DNA of 64,000 nt. Source: a virus. The DNA lies in IMG/VR virus record IMGVR_UViG_3300005534_000012, positions 3,474-67,473 of that record; one strand, given 5' to 3'. The notes beneath the pieces were generated by a model that had not been told where the DNA came from, made no database searches, and worked only from the letters and a program-made list of their open reading frames with translations. The stretch's first letter is position 1; every line of letters begins with the position of its first letter. Positions 37,572 through 46,980 of the stretch are shown piece by piece. The position numbers were made by a program, and so were the translations under genes.

Positions 37572-37886
37572 ATGCTGAATGGCACAAGAAAATGCAACGG
37601 CTGTTCGGCGACACGAATGGCTAAGGCCAAGGTCGGCGGCATACCGACGTATGCGCGTGACCACAAGAACAGGCTCATGGGCCGCGTGGCCCAAATCTGC
37701 CAGCGATACGCAGACGGCACCATGCAGGTGAGATTGCACGGACAACGTCGGCCCGTGTTAGGTGCCCACATTCCAGGCTACGGATTCATCATGGGTGATG
37801 AACAACAGATTTCCACCTTTAAGCGCAAACATGTGAAGCAGGAGGTCGACACATGGGAAGAAAGCGCCCTGCTCGCGAGGCTCTAG
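37572..37886 (+). CDS. Hypothetical early protein
   Basis: ORF on the co-oriented strand. Start uncertain. Confidence 0.5.
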   Translation: MLNGTRKCNGCSATRMAKAKVGGIPTYARDHKNRLMGRVAQICQRYADGTMQVRLHGQRRPVLGAHIPGYGFIMGDEQQISTFKRKHVKQEVDTWEESALLARL

Positions 37887-38374
37887 AAAGCATCGCGAAA
37901 TTCCTCATCCTCGTCGCGCTGTTCTATGGTGCGGTGTGGATTGCCGTCAAATTCACACCGCTCAATTCGTGGTGAGAAGGGACAACGCAAAAGTGAAATA
38001 CAATCTTATGCCGCTTCTCCAAACCATCTGTGGGCTCATAATTCTCATCTTCGGCCATAGCGACCAATATCTGGTGTCACTGGGATGCACAATCCTCATC
38101 TTCGCAAGGCTGGATAGAATCGAGGATAAAATTGATGGGCTCAAATAAGAATGATGTGGGGGCCATAAGATGAACGTCTCAGACCACAAGTGCAGAACGC
38201 TCATTTTTGGGCTTCACACCTCGCAGCGCGAAAAAGACCTAGCGATGGACCTACTCGAAGCGCGCGATGCGATTAGACGGATGCGAGAAAACCTGAACAG
38301 AATAATAAAACAGGCAAACTTTCTCATCCGCGCAATAGAAACTATCGACACGAAGAAGGGAGCCTAAAAAGAAA

Positions 38375-38578
38375 ATGTCAAGTGGGTTAGCAAACGCGGT
38401 CAAGACAAGCAAAATGCCGTTCGCACCGCGCCACCACCACCACATCGCTGAAACAGAACAGCAAGGTGGTGCGCATCGCATCGCTAAACGCGCGAAAGCA
38501 AAACTGGCGCGTAAAGCACGGCAGATACAGCGGACGCGAGACAAGTCGCAACGCTGTAACCGCAACAAGCGAGGTTAA
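38375..38578 (+). CDS. Small basic protein
   Basis: Lys/Arg-rich, 67 aa. Confidence 0.55.
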   Translation: MSSGLANAVKTSKMPFAPRHHHHIAETEQQGGAHRIAKRAKAKLARKARQIQRTRDKSQRCNRNKRG

Positions 38579-38580
38579 CC

Positions 38581-38820
38581 GTGCGCAACTTTCGCTTAGG
38601 CAAATTCAATCCAACAGACAAATTCAAGAAACTGTGCGCCATGACCGAGGAAGTAGGCATGCGTCGCTGTGCGGTCGCCGCAGGCATGCTGGCGCTCTAC
38701 ATAGGCGACGAAGACCTGACGCTGTTCGTTGATTACCTCATAGAAGACGGCATCACAAAAGAGGGCCTCATCTACCTCGCCAAAGCATGCCTAGACGGCA
38801 TCGCTGATATATCAGAGTAA
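38581..38820 (+). CDS. Hypothetical early protein
   Basis: GAGG SD, GTG start. Confidence 0.6.
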   Translation: MRNFRLGKFNPTDKFKKLCAMTEEVGMRRCAVAAGMLALYIGDEDLTLFVDYLIEDGITKEGLIYLAKACLDGIADISE

Positions 38821-38834
38821 GTAGGCCTAAACGA

Positions 38835-39035
38835 ATGAGACGGCCAACAGTTCTAGAAAATTTCCGTATCGTTACAAAACTTACGCACATCAACGAAACA
38901 ACACAAAAACTTATTAACGAGTTTATAGAAAAATTTAACGACCACGGACAAGAAGGGCATTTCGAGGTTCAATATCTAACCTCGTTAACGGGAGCAGAAT
39001 TGCGGTTTCATTTCTTCTGGGACCACATAGAATAA
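38835..39035 (+). CDS. Hypothetical early protein
   Basis: 66 aa, AT-rich. Confidence 0.5.
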   Translation: MRRPTVLENFRIVTKLTHINETTQKLINEFIEKFNDHGQEGHFEVQYLTSLTGAELRFHFFWDHIE

Positions 39036-39046
39036 GAAGGACAGCA

Positions 39047-39082
39047 GCCCCCACGAGAAAATCGTGGGGGTTACTTTTTATT
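39047..39082 (+). terminator. Intrinsic terminator
   Basis: CCCCCACGA-GAAAA-TCGTGGGGG followed by TTACTTTTTATT. Confidence 0.65.
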
Positions 39083-39114
39083 GTCTAGTCCCAACCTCCA
39101 ATGCAGGAGCAAAT

Positions 39115-39357
39115 ATGCAAATCACAATCAATCTCGACGACGCAATCGTCGACCAGATAGTGCATGCGCGCGAGCAAATGAAAGCATGCGGTGAAGCGAT
39201 GGGCGCGACGGCGAAAACCGACGCGTACAAAGACCACCAAGTGCAACGTGCGTTCTGGAAAGGTGAATACGACCACCTAAGAGAGCGCATCGGAACACTG
39301 TGCGCAGACCTGTTCATGCGCCACCTGTCACGCGATGAGAAGAAAGCGCAACGATGA
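39115..39357 (+). CDS. Hypothetical early protein
   Basis: AGGAG SD before MQITINLDD. Confidence 0.65.
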   Translation: MQITINLDDAIVDQIVHAREQMKACGEAMGATAKTDAYKDHQVQRAFWKGEYDHLRERIGTLCADLFMRHLSRDEKKAQR

Positions 39358-39523
39358 GCACAGACAGATTCCACGTTCCCGAATGGGAACCGTATAAGGC
39401 ATCGCAAAAGGTGCTTTATTTCGCTCGCAAACTCACAGGTGAAGATTCCCGCGCAACACAGGAAGCCAGAGCACGGCACAACGAACGTGCTCTGGACCTG
39501 ATTGAAGCGCTGAAGACGCGCTC

Positions 39524-39706
39524 ATGAGGGTAATCGAAGGCTCTTTTGACGAACCGAAAAACGACGACGCAGACAGAAGGGAATTAAGCACTTCGCTTCC
39601 CCACGCATGGCTATACGATGAGAGAAGACATCATTACATTTGCACAACATGTGGCATCACTACTGGGGAGGGGGCGACTCGCCTCGTATTTGGGGGGTGC
39701 TCATGA
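39524..39706 (+). CDS. FxEP-tag family small Zn-finger-like protein 1
   Basis: MRVIEGSFDEPKNDD...HAW...CTTC...C. Confidence 0.7.
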   Translation: MRVIEGSFDEPKNDDADRRELSTSLPHAWLYDERRHHYICTTCGITTGEGATRLVFGGCS

Positions 39707-39888
39707 GGGTAATCGAAGGTTCTTTTGACGAACCCATCCACCACGACCCCCCACTGGCGCTTCCCCACCGATGGGACTACAACAATGGAGCAAGCCGCAC
39801 CCAGGCGCAGTATTATCGTTGCCAAGACTGTGATATAACTGCACCAAACGGTACACGCCTTGTGTTTGGGCATTGCAGGCCGCAATGA
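39703..39888 (+). CDS. FxEP-tag family small Zn-finger-like protein 2
   Basis: MRVIEGSFDEPIHHD...HRW...CQDC...C. Paralog of the preceding gene, ATGA overlap. Confidence 0.7.
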   Translation: MRVIEGSFDEPIHHDPPLALPHRWDYNNGASRTQAQYYRCQDCDITAPNGTRLVFGHCRPQ

Positions 39889-40148
39889 TAAATGGGCGCG
39901 AACACGAGCGCATGGTGCGCAGGGCAATCGACGCAGACAAAATCGCGGCCGAGAACAATCGTGAAATGGACCAATGCAAACTGTGTTACACAGACTTGGC
40001 GACATTTCACGATACAGAATTCTTCTACGAATGGGTGACACCAAGCGGGCTACGAATGCGAGCGCATCCGTGGTGCACACCGAAAGTCATGCAGGCGTAT
40101 GCGACGAAATGCAACATCAAAAGCGCCAAAGCGAAAGGATGGAAATAA
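39885..40148 (+). CDS. Hypothetical protein
   Basis: ATGA-coupled. CKLC...HPWC. Confidence 0.55.
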   Translation: MINGREHERMVRRAIDADKIAAENNREMDQCKLCYTDLATFHDTEFFYEWVTPSGLRMRAHPWCTPKVMQAYATKCNIKSAKAKGWK

Positions 40149-40367
40149 GTGTCTATCAGAATAGACGACGAACTACAACGGAACACAGTCAAACGATGGC
40201 GGATTTGGAAAGCCGCTGTCAAACTGCTTTCGTCTTGCTACTATCTCGAAGAAAACCACAGTTACCACTACGACGAGAATGCAAAAATGACGAAAGTCAA
40301 TCAGAACGGGGTAAACGGCTTCCTTGTCCCCATCGTCGTTTTCGTTCCTGAACACGACTGCGAATAA
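40149..40367 (+). CDS. Hypothetical protein
   Basis: 72 aa, GTG start. Confidence 0.5.
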   Translation: MSIRIDDELQRNTVKRWRIWKAAVKLLSSCYYLEENHSYHYDENAKMTKVNQNGVNGFLVPIVVFVPEHDCE

Positions 40368-40469
40368 CAACGCGCGGGAGCACTCCCGCGTATGGTTCTC
40401 AAGCGGCGACACCGTGAGAGAGCCCCCAATATGGGAGTGCACTCAACCAACAAAACGAAAGAGGAATCA

Positions 40470-40691
40470 ATGCCCACACCGTTTCAACTCAAGCGGACCT
40501 ATCTTTTCGCGGACGGGACCGAAATCGAATTCGAGTCCGTGAAGAAGGTCAAGATTCAGGACAATGGCAAGCATGTCATCACGCTGATGAGCGGAAAGCG
40601 CGTCATCGTGAACAACGACTATCGGACGTGCACCATCGAGGGTGAGCGCCCATCGTCAACGCATGGTCGTTCCCCGCAGAGAGTGCGGTAG
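40470..40691 (+). CDS. Hypothetical protein
   Basis: GAGGA SD before MPTPFQLKR. Confidence 0.65.
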   Translation: MPTPFQLKRTYLFADGTEIEFESVKKVKIQDNGKHVITLMSGKRVIVNNDYRTCTIEGERPSSTHGRSPQRVR

Positions 40692-40793
40692 TCTCCAACC
40701 CACGCGGAACGCGGGGGGCGCAAGCCCCTCGTATGATTGCTGAGGGCTAAACCCATACGCAATCCCTTCTAGCGTTTCGCTGAAAGGAATATC

Positions 40794-41024
40794 ATGCAAC
40801 AACCAGACTGCCCAAACTGTCTGGTCAATCGACATGTCGCACCGCGCATCAATACGCAAGCACTCTATTGGTGCGCTATTTGTAAGACCACATTCGAAGG
40901 ACCAGAGAGAACGCACAATCGAAAGCGTAAGGCAAAAGGCCAACGCAAATTCGAAAACTACACGCTCGATGAACTGATGGCAACAGTGCATCGAATGACT
41001 CACACGCCGAAAGGAGCAACATAA
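40794..41024 (+). CDS. Small Zn-ribbon protein
   Basis: CPNC...CAIC, AAGGA SD. Confidence 0.65.
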   Translation: MQQPDCPNCLVNRHVAPRINTQALYWCAICKTTFEGPERTHNRKRKAKGQRKFENYTLDELMATVHRMTHTPKGAT

Positions 41025-41026
41025 CC

Positions 41027-42622
41027 GTGCCAACGCCAGTTGCTGAAGAAGGACCGAAACGATACTCTGGGTCATTGTCAATGGCAAAGCGTATCGTTTC
41101 GGCCATCAAAAGAGGACATCAGCAGTCCATCCGAACCGTCTTCCTCGAATTCAACCTCAAGCGCCACCAAGGGCCCAAATACGTAAGGTGGCTCCGCAAG
41201 GCCATCGGAGTCTCAATCAGCGTTTGCGCCGATTGCAACAGTCCGTCGATTGCAAGCCTCACGCGAACGCTCACGTCAGAGGCAAAGCGCGTGTGCCCGC
41301 ATTGCGCCCGCAATTACACCCATTGTCAAGAGTGCCAAACGACGTTCCTGCGAACCGCGATGCATATAGACGAATATCGGGCGATATGCATTCCGTGTCG
41401 TGACAGATTCTACAGCCGATGCACGATATGCGAAGTCCTCTGGCGACAATCAGAAATGTCCTCAAGAGACAGAAGCATTTGTGCGCACTGTTTCATGAGT
41501 CGCCCGCGCGACCTCGATTTCAACCCCCGGCTCTTGGGAGAGCCGCCCAACATCGCAGGCCACGGAGACAACGTGCTGGGATATTGTGCGCCATTCCCAC
41601 GTCCAAAAGACGGCATCTTGCTCGGCGTCGAATTAGAGGTCGAAGTCCAAGGATTGGGCTCGCCGAATAGAGATGGCGATGGGCGCTTGATTTCAAGCAG
41701 TGTCGTGCAAGAAGTCGCCACGCACACGCATACGTTGCTTCATGAAGATGGGCGACGATTCGCGTTCCTCAAACAAGACGGCTCACTGAGCGGATACGCA
41801 GGCGGTTTCGAAATCGTCAGCGCACCCGCAGGACTCGACGACCACGCAAGAATATGGCGGCGATTCTTCCAAGAGCGCAACCAACGCTTGCGGGGGCACG
41901 AATCAGGCAACTGCGGCATGCATATCCATATCGGCCGATATGGCATGTCATTTCCTCCATTTCTAGAGCCGATTGAAAAGCGCAAACCAACCGTGCCCGG
42001 ATTATCGCCGGGGGTTCGTGAGAGTCGAACGCGACTTGGCGAAACTGCGGCCCATCTGTGGCGCATGTGGCAGTTTCTCAGTCACCCAGACCATTACGGA
42101 CTCGTAACCGACATCGCAGGACGAAGCCTCACCACAGGCAACGGCGGGAACTTCGCGGCGATACGCAGAGACGACAGGCGCTCCACCGCCCGAAGCGTCA
42201 AGCCGCAATATCAATCGGGCGCAAGCAGACGCTACATGGCGTTGAATTGGCTGAACGACAACACGGTCGAATTCAGAATGTTCAATTCAACGCTCAACTA
42301 CAATACGTTCATGAAGAACCTCGAATTCGCGCATGCTCTGGTCATGTTCACGCGACCAGGGAGAATCGCGTTCATCCAGAAACAATGCCTCAAGGAATTT
42401 TTTGAATTCGTCAAGGACGAACGAAAAACGTATCCTGCGTTATTCGCCTTCCTGGGATTCAAAAACTACGGGCACGGAATGTTCAAGGTCAAACCGCGAC
42501 CCGTCGCCATGCAAGAAACCCAACAACAGGCTCCACAGCCAACAACACTCGCTGTGCCAACACCTGAAATCGTGGATGCACAGCCAACAACGACAAGGAG
42601 ACGCCGCATAGTATGTGCGTAA
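41027..42622 (+). CDS. Putative amidoligase (COOH-NH2 ligase) with N-terminal CxxC repeats
   Basis: GVELEVE, DGSL, FEIVS, CGMHIH, RYMALN, and TVEFRMF motifs. Confidence 0.88.
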   Translation: MPTPVAEEGPKRYSGSLSMAKRIVSAIKRGHQQSIRTVFLEFNLKRHQGPKYVRWLRKAIGVSISVCADCNSPSIASLTRTLTSEAKRVCPHCARNYTHCQECQTTFLRTAMHIDEYRAICIPCRDRFYSRCTICEVLWRQSEMSSRDRSICAHCFMSRPRDLDFNPRLLGEPPNIAGHGDNVLGYCAPFPRPKDGILLGVELEVEVQGLGSPNRDGDGRLISSSVVQEVATHTHTLLHEDGRRFAFLKQDGSLSGYAGGFEIVSAPAGLDDHARIWRRFFQERNQRLRGHESGNCGMHIHIGRYGMSFPPFLEPIEKRKPTVPGLSPGVRESRTRLGETAAHLWRMWQFLSHPDHYGLVTDIAGRSLTTGNGGNFAAIRRDDRRSTARSVKPQYQSGASRRYMALNWLNDNTVEFRMFNSTLNYNTFMKNLEFAHALVMFTRPGRIAFIQKQCLKEFFEFVKDERKTYPALFAFLGFKNYGHGMFKVKPRPVAMQETQQQAPQPTTLAVPTPEIVDAQPTTTRRRRIVCA

Positions 42623-43890
42623 TCATTCACAAACCAGCCGAACGAGAACTGACCGAATGGACCCTTCGGGAGGGACTACGCCGAAATTCAGACGGATGGG
42701 GGCTAGTCGCATATCCCGAAGGGCGCGGCTCAGAACCCGTCATCCACAGGGGACTGACAGGTATCGACGATTTCCTCAAGACGTATGAGCCATACGCCAA
42801 GGGCGTCGAAACAGTCATCCATTTCCGTTTTGCAACTCATGGCCTGAAAGACCTGGAGAACTGTCATCCGTATGACGTGGTTCCGGGCGTGGTCATGATG
42901 CACAACGGAATCTTGAGCGTCAAAACGCCGGACAAGGACCTGTCAGACACCGGGCATTTCGTCCAACTCATCAAGCCAATGCTCGAAGAAGACCCCACAA
43001 TGGTCGAAAAAGAGCACTGGCTGAAGATGGTCGGCGAACTAATCGGCAAGGGCAACAAACTCGTCTTCATGACAAAGAACGGCGTGTTCTACGTCAACAA
43101 AGAACAAGGCTCAATCGACAAAGACGTGTGGTTCTCGAACAGCACGTTATTCTATTCCACGCCGTCTTCATATAAACAGCCGCCGTATGGCGTCACGCAC
43201 TACGGATACGGATGCCAAATAGATGAAGACGACTGCTACGACCTGGGAACTGTTTCAGACTCCTTTCGCAAATATAAAAGAGGCAAGCGAGGGAGTCGCA
43301 AGCCGTCGGCTTTTACGCCGACTACGCCTCCAGCAAGCCCGAAACCGGCGCTGAAACCCGGGACTTATACCGCGAACACGGTCCCGGTCAGCACCTATCA
43401 GCAAGCACAGATAGACGAGAAATGGAGAATGTTCTACACGACATCGGCAAACGAGTTAGCGGCTCGTGCGGAGCCGATGGAAGAACAGTACGTCTGTCTG
43501 TGGGGCGAGATGATGGTGAAACGTCCCCAAGAAATCTACGATTTCGTGTATAAGCATCCGTGGCTTGCGACCTACATGCTGTATGTGATGGGTCGCCAGG
43601 AGTTGATGGGCGACAAGGTCGATATGGCCGTCGAACTGCAACTCAACGAGAATGCCGAACACGACATCTATTTGCGGAAGCAAAAAGAGGCCGACGAAAA
43701 AGCGATTGAGGCCGCAACCAAAATCGCTCAAGAAGCCACCCGTCAGGGTATCGAACTGAACGGTTGCTCGGCGGCACAGATACAAGCACAGATAATCGCG
43801 GGCAATCCGTTGACGACGAAAGAAGACATGGTCGACGGAATCCCGATTATCCGGCCTCCGCAGGCTCAGGCCCCTGTAATCGTACTATGA
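42613..43890 (+). CDS. Class II glutamine amidotransferase (Ntn hydrolase)
   Basis: N-terminal M-C, NSDGWG, HFRFATHG, NCHP, HNG, and SDT motifs. Confidence 0.92.
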   Translation: MCVIIHKPAERELTEWTLREGLRRNSDGWGLVAYPEGRGSEPVIHRGLTGIDDFLKTYEPYAKGVETVIHFRFATHGLKDLENCHPYDVVPGVVMMHNGILSVKTPDKDLSDTGHFVQLIKPMLEEDPTMVEKEHWLKMVGELIGKGNKLVFMTKNGVFYVNKEQGSIDKDVWFSNSTLFYSTPSSYKQPPYGVTHYGYGCQIDEDDCYDLGTVSDSFRKYKRGKRGSRKPSAFTPTTPPASPKPALKPGTYTANTVPVSTYQQAQIDEKWRMFYTTSANELAARAEPMEEQYVCLWGEMMVKRPQEIYDFVYKHPWLATYMLYVMGRQELMGDKVDMAVELQLNENAEHDIYLRKQKEADEKAIEAATKIAQEATRQGIELNGCSAAQIQAQIIAGNPLTTKEDMVDGIPIIRPPQAQAPVIVL

Positions 43891-44486
43891 TTACGATACA
43901 GGAAGCCAGGACAAGCGCAGAAAAGCGCTCGCAATTCCTTGAGGAGTTGCAACGCGCATATAGGCCTGCGCTTGTCCGCTTCATCAAGGAACATCCGCTA
44001 GACGACACAAGCGATGCATCGCAAGATGTCATCGTTCAAGGGTTTCTCTACCGGGCGAATCGAGCGATTGATTCTGTGGACCTTGATGACGACGGTCGCG
44101 GAAACCATGACCCGGCGGCCTATTGTGCGGCACAGGGAATGTACGGCGCGAGAGACGCCGTGCGTTCCCTGACGCACGAGCGGCACAAAGTGCACAAGAA
44201 CACTGTCCTGTTCCCCACTGCCGCCGAAATGGCACAGTGGGGATTCGACAAAGAAGAACCAGACGTTGCAGACGACGTATGCTTCAAGCGAGACATGGAA
44301 GAATTTCTGGAGTGGCTAACCACGCCGGAAAGAGACGTCTGCAACTTGCTGGCGCTAGGCTACGGACGAAAACCACAAGGCATTGTGGAAATTGCTAACA
44401 TCCTCGATACGTCCATCGTGAGAGTGAAAAACATTCTCTCGCGAGTACGTATCAAGGCCACTATTCTGCTGAAAGCAGGCACATAA
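43887..44486 (+). CDS. Sigma-70-like RNA polymerase factor
   Basis: LTTPERDV...EIANILDTSIVRVKNILSR resembles a region-4 HTH, with a region-2-like segment. ATGA-coupled start. Confidence 0.65.
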   Translation: MITIQEARTSAEKRSQFLEELQRAYRPALVRFIKEHPLDDTSDASQDVIVQGFLYRANRAIDSVDLDDDGRGNHDPAAYCAAQGMYGARDAVRSLTHERHKVHKNTVLFPTAAEMAQWGFDKEEPDVADDVCFKRDMEEFLEWLTTPERDVCNLLALGYGRKPQGIVEIANILDTSIVRVKNILSRVRIKATILLKAGT

Positions 44487-44512
44487 TCGACTTCGCTGAA
44501 CACGGCGCGGAA

Positions 44513-44725
44513 ATGGAAATCTTTTCCGACCAAATGAATGACGGTCGGAAAAGACGCTACAATATCTACGCCCTACGACTGGTCTGGTATCCTATCATCT
44601 TTGGATGGATAGGAATATGCTTATTCGGAATGTGGTGCGGATGGTGGGTCGCAACGATACCGCTCATCGGCGGTTTCCTTGCGCTCGCCATGACGCACAG
44701 GAGGTTCTATCGTGGCACCCTATAA
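44513..44725 (+). CDS. Small membrane protein
   Basis: Two hydrophobic segments. Confidence 0.55.
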   Translation: MEIFSDQMNDGRKRRYNIYALRLVWYPIIFGWIGICLFGMWCGWWVATIPLIGGFLALAMTHRRFYRGTL

Positions 44726-44942
44726 ATTAGAAACGACAGATTTCGAGGAGCCGAAACACAAAGACACAGACGAAGCGCAATTCATGCGCCTCAATCAAGA
44801 ATACTCCGAGGAGGATGAATACGAATACTCCGAGGAGGATGAATACGAATACGCAGACTACGATGAGGAGGAAGGTTACGTTTCTTTCCAGTGTTCCGAC
44901 CCGACTTGCCCAGAATGCAATCCAAACGGGAACGAGGAATAA
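44712..44942 (+). CDS. FxEP-tag family acidic protein 3
   Basis: MAPYKLETTDFEEPKHKD, a Glu/Tyr-rich tract, and C...C..C. Ends GNEE. Confidence 0.7.
   Translation: MAPYKLETTDFEEPKHKDTDEAQFMRLNQEYSEEDEYEYSEEDEYEYADYDEEEGYVSFQCSDPTCPECNPNGNEE
44799..44852 (+). repeat. 24-bp tandem duplication encoding EYSEEDEY x2
   Basis: GAATACTCCGAGGAGGATGAATAC x2 followed by GAATAC. Confidence 0.9.
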
Positions 44943-45379
44943 TGCTTCTACAGCAGCCTCCTACATTAGATTTCAAGGAACCCGAAGCGGTCGACTACTT
45001 CCTCACGACCACCCAGCGGGCAATTGCAAGGTACATTGAGCGTCCAATCTCGCTAGAGAAAATACGGGAGATTCGCCTTGAGATGAACCGCTCACCAGAG
45101 TTTGCTGACCATATAGCGCGACACAGCCAATATAACCAGCCAAGTTTAATCTTGAAGGCGCGGACAACGCTTCTCGGTGCCATGCGAAACAAGATTCCAA
45201 ACTTTGTCCGCCTTTACTCAGATAAAATTGGCGGCACCATCTACCTCACAGGATGGTATGACGCAACCATATCTCTACGAACGCGCTACCTCCCGACCTT
45301 CTTAACAAGTCGCGTGATGGGCGAAGAATTTCATTTCGCGTTTGACCCATTTCTAAGGAAAGTGAAGGTATTCTCTTAA
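44942..45379 (+). CDS. Hypothetical protein (weak DFKEP tag)
   Basis: TAATG-coupled start MLLQQPPTLDFKEPE. Confidence 0.6.
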   Translation: MLLQQPPTLDFKEPEAVDYFLTTTQRAIARYIERPISLEKIREIRLEMNRSPEFADHIARHSQYNQPSLILKARTTLLGAMRNKIPNFVRLYSDKIGGTIYLTGWYDATISLRTRYLPTFLTSRVMGEEFHFAFDPFLRKVKVFS

Positions 45380-45565
45380 ATGATGGTGCTCAATAAGGAC
45401 GACTTTGCGGAACCGCAACACAACGACCCGCCGCAAAGCGAAAACAGAAACCTCCACATTTGGATTCCATTCAGCAGGGGCATAATGGTTTGCGAACGCT
45501 GCTTGCGTAGAACGCAAGCATCTGTGCCCTCACGCATCGGCTGTACGCCAAGGCGACCCCGCTAA
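45380..45565 (+). CDS. FxEP-tag family small Zn-finger-like protein 4
   Basis: DDFAEPQHNDPP...HIW...CERC...C. Confidence 0.7.
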   Translation: MMVLNKDDFAEPQHNDPPQSENRNLHIWIPFSRGIMVCERCLRRTQASVPSRIGCTPRRPR

Positions 45566-45762
45566 TGGCAACAGCGGCAAGGGTTTTTGAGGGGACCTTT
45601 GACGAGCCCAAACACAGAGAGCCAAGGGCCCACTCATGGACGAACCATTATGCTCAAACGCCACATAGGCCACTGACGTACCGATGCATCCACTGCGGAA
45701 AGGTCGCCACCGTTGACGTGATTTACTTAATAAGGTATGAAGAATGTCTCCCTATAAACTAG
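45565..45762 (+). CDS. FxEP-tag family small Zn-finger-like protein 5
   Basis: RVFEGTFDEPKHRE...HSW...CIHC...C. Confidence 0.7.
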   Translation: MATAARVFEGTFDEPKHREPRAHSWTNHYAQTPHRPLTYRCIHCGKVATVDVIYLIRYEECLPIN

Positions 45763-46118
45763 ACAACGACGACTTTGAGGAACCGCAACACAACGATACG
45801 GAAATCCCCAGACACGATTTGAGTCGCCCACGCGAGGGGATATCGTTTGACCTTTTTGACCGTGCAAATACGCTGGCAATGGCAGACCAATACCGTCAGA
45901 TGGCCGAAAACATGGAAAGACTATATAATACCGCGCCAGTCTCCACAGCCAGCACACAATCCGTACAATTTGACCAAGCCGCTCTCGACCAAGTGGTGCG
46001 GGAACTATTTAGCCCGATAATCGGCGACATCCCAGACGAAGAAGAAGACAACGAAGAAGAAATAGAATACCAGCCGGGGTGGGGCGTTGAATCTCTAGAG
46101 GACGATGTAACTGAATGA
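45744..46118 (+). CDS. FxEP-tag family acidic protein 6
   Basis: MSPYKLDNDDFEEPQHND, with an acidic C-terminus ending in E. Confidence 0.7.
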   Translation: MSPYKLDNDDFEEPQHNDTEIPRHDLSRPREGISFDLFDRANTLAMADQYRQMAENMERLYNTAPVSTASTQSVQFDQAALDQVVRELFSPIIGDIPDEEEDNEEEIEYQPGWGVESLEDDVTE

Positions 46119-46508
46119 GTCGCGCTAAAAAGATTAGACCCCCGGGCCAACGAGGGCCGAAGCCCGCGCAAGATTCTACCTCATTATTCCACACTACGGA
46201 ACCATTTCGTCATTTTGTCCTGCTTTTCGGCATATTCAAGCGTTTTCGTCAAATCTTCATATAGGTGCACTTCATTTTGCAATCGTTCGAATCTTCGTTT
46301 CTGCATCAGGACCGAGAATTCGAACGTGAACACAAGCAGAGAAAGCGAATGAGCGAAGCGAATCGTTTTTCGATGCGTGTTCGACACACACTGATTTCTG
46401 TTCCTTCTTGTGCAATGCGACATTTGTCGTAGGTGCACTTTGATTTGCAGTTGCGTCAATCCTTGGTGGCGTGACGTGACGATATGTCTATAGAAAGGTG
46501 GCTCATGA

Positions 46509-46980
46509 ATGTCGCAATGCAATCACGACCTTGCAAAAAGAGTCGTACCAGGCGTCTTCTACTGCTCCGACTGTGGTAGTGGGCTCGATGTGGATTTCGA
46601 AACCATTTCTAGCGATGCACTCGAAGTGGCACTGGCGGCTGCCGAGGCGGATAAGGCCGCTTCCGCTGAAAGTGTTGCGCAAACGGGCGTACGACAAGAC
46701 GTACGTCAAGCGGGCGCAGAGGTCGCTTCAGAGTCAGGGGGTGGAGTATCTGTCACCGACAAGTCAAAAAGCAAAAAGCCTAAAAGACCGGGCCGTCCCC
46801 GAACAAGACCGATACCGCAAACTGTGCCAATCGGAGTTTTGTCGGAACACGTATCTGATAGACGCGAAGAACCGCACCCGGTCCAAGTTTTGCCCCCCAT
46901 GCCAGAAGATTCGGGAGCGCAAGTTGGCGACCGACCGAGCCCGCAAGCGTCGTCAGGAATACAAGCCGGAACGAATGTGA
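46509..46980 (+). CDS. Zn-finger protein, apparently split across two frames
   Basis: The N-terminal CNH...CSDC lies in one frame, and the C-terminal CQSEFC...CPPC lies in the +1 frame ending at 46980. Confidence 0.4.
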
